Source: Octopus bimaculoides
Lineage: Eukaryota
Direction: 5' to 3'
Assembly: GCF_001194135.2 (NCBI RefSeq)
Contig: NC_068983.1
Location: 115,589,418-115,653,417 of the forward strand
DNA: 64,000 nucleotides
Shown here: piece by piece, positions 62,034 through 64,000 of the stretch
How positions within the stretch are numbered: position 1 is the stretch's first letter
Layout: every line of letters starts with the position of its first letter
Notes under the pieces: generated by a model
Databases searched by the model: none
Told to the model about the DNA's origin: nothing
Seen by the model: the letters and a program-made list of their open reading frames with translations, nothing else
Translations under genes and position numbers: made by a program

Positions 62034-62629
62034 GTAAGTCTATATTATTTTTAATGAATGCCCTGATTAAACAGCAGACCTCTAATAGAAGGCATTGTAG
62101 CAGTGACAATCTTCTCTTTCTCGTCATAGATTATCTCAGGCTATATTATCCAATGTGCACCTTATTTTTGTCTATAAATACAATATAGTGTGTTTTTGAG
62201 GGAGACTTGGTTTCTGATTTCTAGTTGAACAACCATATGAAAACTCATTTATTGGCTTGTAACATATTGTGTGTGTGTGTGTGTGTGTGTGTGTATAAAC
62301 ATAAAACAAAACGAGTTAAGATAGATAACTTAAAGTAGCCAAAGAGATGTATATGAACAATATATACAAATGCAAGCATATCAAACATCATACAACAAAT
62401 TCTTGGTTTATTAAAATAATCTTCACCTCCTGAGGATGTGTCACAGTTAACAAATGACAGCTGAAACCAGCCTCATATGAGAAGGAGAGACGATCTCAAG
62501 AATCAAGAATTCTCCAAAGTTCAATTCACATGCTTTTAAAGATAAGAAGATATGAGAACAATCTTGGACATGTTTCTGCCTGAGTTCAAATTCCGCTGAG
62601 GTTGACTTTGCCTTTCATCCTTTCGGTGG

Positions 62630-62980
62630 GGTCCCGTCACCTTAATGGCATTTGTGCCAGTGGCATGTGAACAAAACATTCAAGCGAGGTCGTTGCCAGC
62701 GCCGTTGGACTGACTCTTGTGCAGGTGGCACATAAAAACACCATTTGAGCATGGCTGTTGCCAGTACCACCAGACTGGCCCTCGTGCCGGTGGCATGTAA
62801 AAGCACCCACTACTCTCTCAGAGTGGTTGGCGTTAAGAAGGGCATCCAGCTGTAGAAACTCTGCCAGATCAGATTGGAGCCTGGTGCAGCCATCTGGTTC
62901 GCCAGTCCTCAGTCAAATCGTCCAACCCATGCTAGCCTGGAAAGTGGACGTTAAATGATGATGGTGATGATGATGGTGAT
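62630..62980 (+). repeat. RTE 3'-UTR-derived short repeat; other copies at ~2545-2752, 8203-8305, 8470-8715, 39985-40205, 48911-49110, 53440-53645, 63075-63300
   Basis: aagggcatccagctgtagaaac...ccaacccatgctagc...ggacgttaaa(tga)n matches the 3' end of the RTE at 17945-19577. Confidence 0.8.
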
Positions 62981-63048
62981 ATATATATATAGGCAGCATA
63001 TTACCTTGTTTCGCATTTATGTGCTTACTCTGGTATGCAAAGTAGCTA

Positions 63049-63079
<31 letters not shown>

Positions 63080-64000
63080 CATCAACATTTTCAGTTAACA
63101 TCAATGCTCCATGCTGGCATGGGCTGGAAGCTTTGATAGGATCCAATGGATCCAGAAGTTGCATTGTGCTCCAGTGTTTGCTTTGGCATGGTTTCTACAA
63201 CTGGATGCCCTTCCTCATGCCAAACACTTTACAGTGTGTACTGGATGCTTTTTGCATAGCTCCAGCATTAATGAGGTTACCAAGCAGCTTGCAAGACTTA
63301 GATCACTTTCAACAGAGTGACCCTACAGAAGAGCAGAAGGTGACTTTATGATATGGAATGAGGGATTAAAGCAACTCAGGAGCCAGAACAGGTTTCCTGC
63401 TGTGGAGGAGCTACGCAACTATTCACATTATCAAAGAGAAGTGATGAGTGGTTGGAAAGGCTAAAAATCCCAGAATGCAAGGGTTGCTCATAACCACTGC
63501 TTTGATTCTTGTAAGTCAGTGGCTGCTTATGGACCTGTTAGATAATAGATTAGCCTCCTGACTTACTGACAGGGTCATCTATTGTTATATCTACAGAACC
63601 ACTTCTAGGTGTACTACTTTAAGGAATGTACAGTAGCAAGTAATATATCAAGATATCAAATTATTGCCAGATACAGAGACCTGGTCCAAATGCTTGCAAC
63701 AGAGTGAACTAAAAGCACCAAAGGTTCAGGTAATTAGACTAAATTAGAGTCAATAGAAAGTTTTCAAATTCATTTCAAGCATTTTATTATATCTTTCACT
63801 CATTTTCAGGTAGGTAACAACATAATACTTTATCTGGCTGTCATATTTAAACGATGTTATTCATGATTCAGTTATAAACACCCTCACATATTATTAATAG
63901 TTATATTAGTTGTGTAGCCAAGATTCACCTGGCTCAAACAGTACTAGAGTACAATGTATCCACTGAATTTTCAAGAAAAAAATCACACATATAACATACC

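Noticed and set aside
1-64000. CRISPR arrays, rRNA or prokaryotic operons
   Set aside because: None seen; repeats are dispersed transposon copies or simple repeats, and the gene structure is spliceosomal.

Overview
AT-rich, microsatellite-dense animal genomic DNA with nine N-gaps; the repeat landscape suggests an octopus or other coleoid cephalopod (inference). The + strand carries 13 consecutive in-frame internal exons of ATG2 (autophagy-related lipid-transfer protein 2); both ends of the gene lie outside the window. The ~29.8 kb ATG2 intron (7903-37696) hosts a nested antisense cluster of LRR receptor genes whose coding sequence is uninterrupted wherever visible. There is one complete copy (848 aa: signal peptide, ~17 LRRs, LRRCT, FN3-like domain, TM helix, Tyr-motif tail, no TIR), a second copy spanning a gap, and a third mosaic fragment beside a gap. 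The introns hold many transposon remnants: RTE, R4/Dong-like and HERO-like LINEs, a Penelope-like element, Tc1 and mariner, piggyBac-type MITEs and tRNA-derived SINEs. Two results stand out. (1) The LRR receptor array shows whole-repeat gain/loss, patchy divergence and a conserved ITAM-like motif. (2) A ~540 bp palindromic insertion with a 15-bp target-site duplication is built from two head-to-head tRNA-headed units, each ending in a hammerhead-ribozyme-like core. Homology calls come from motifs recalled from memory, not from database searches.
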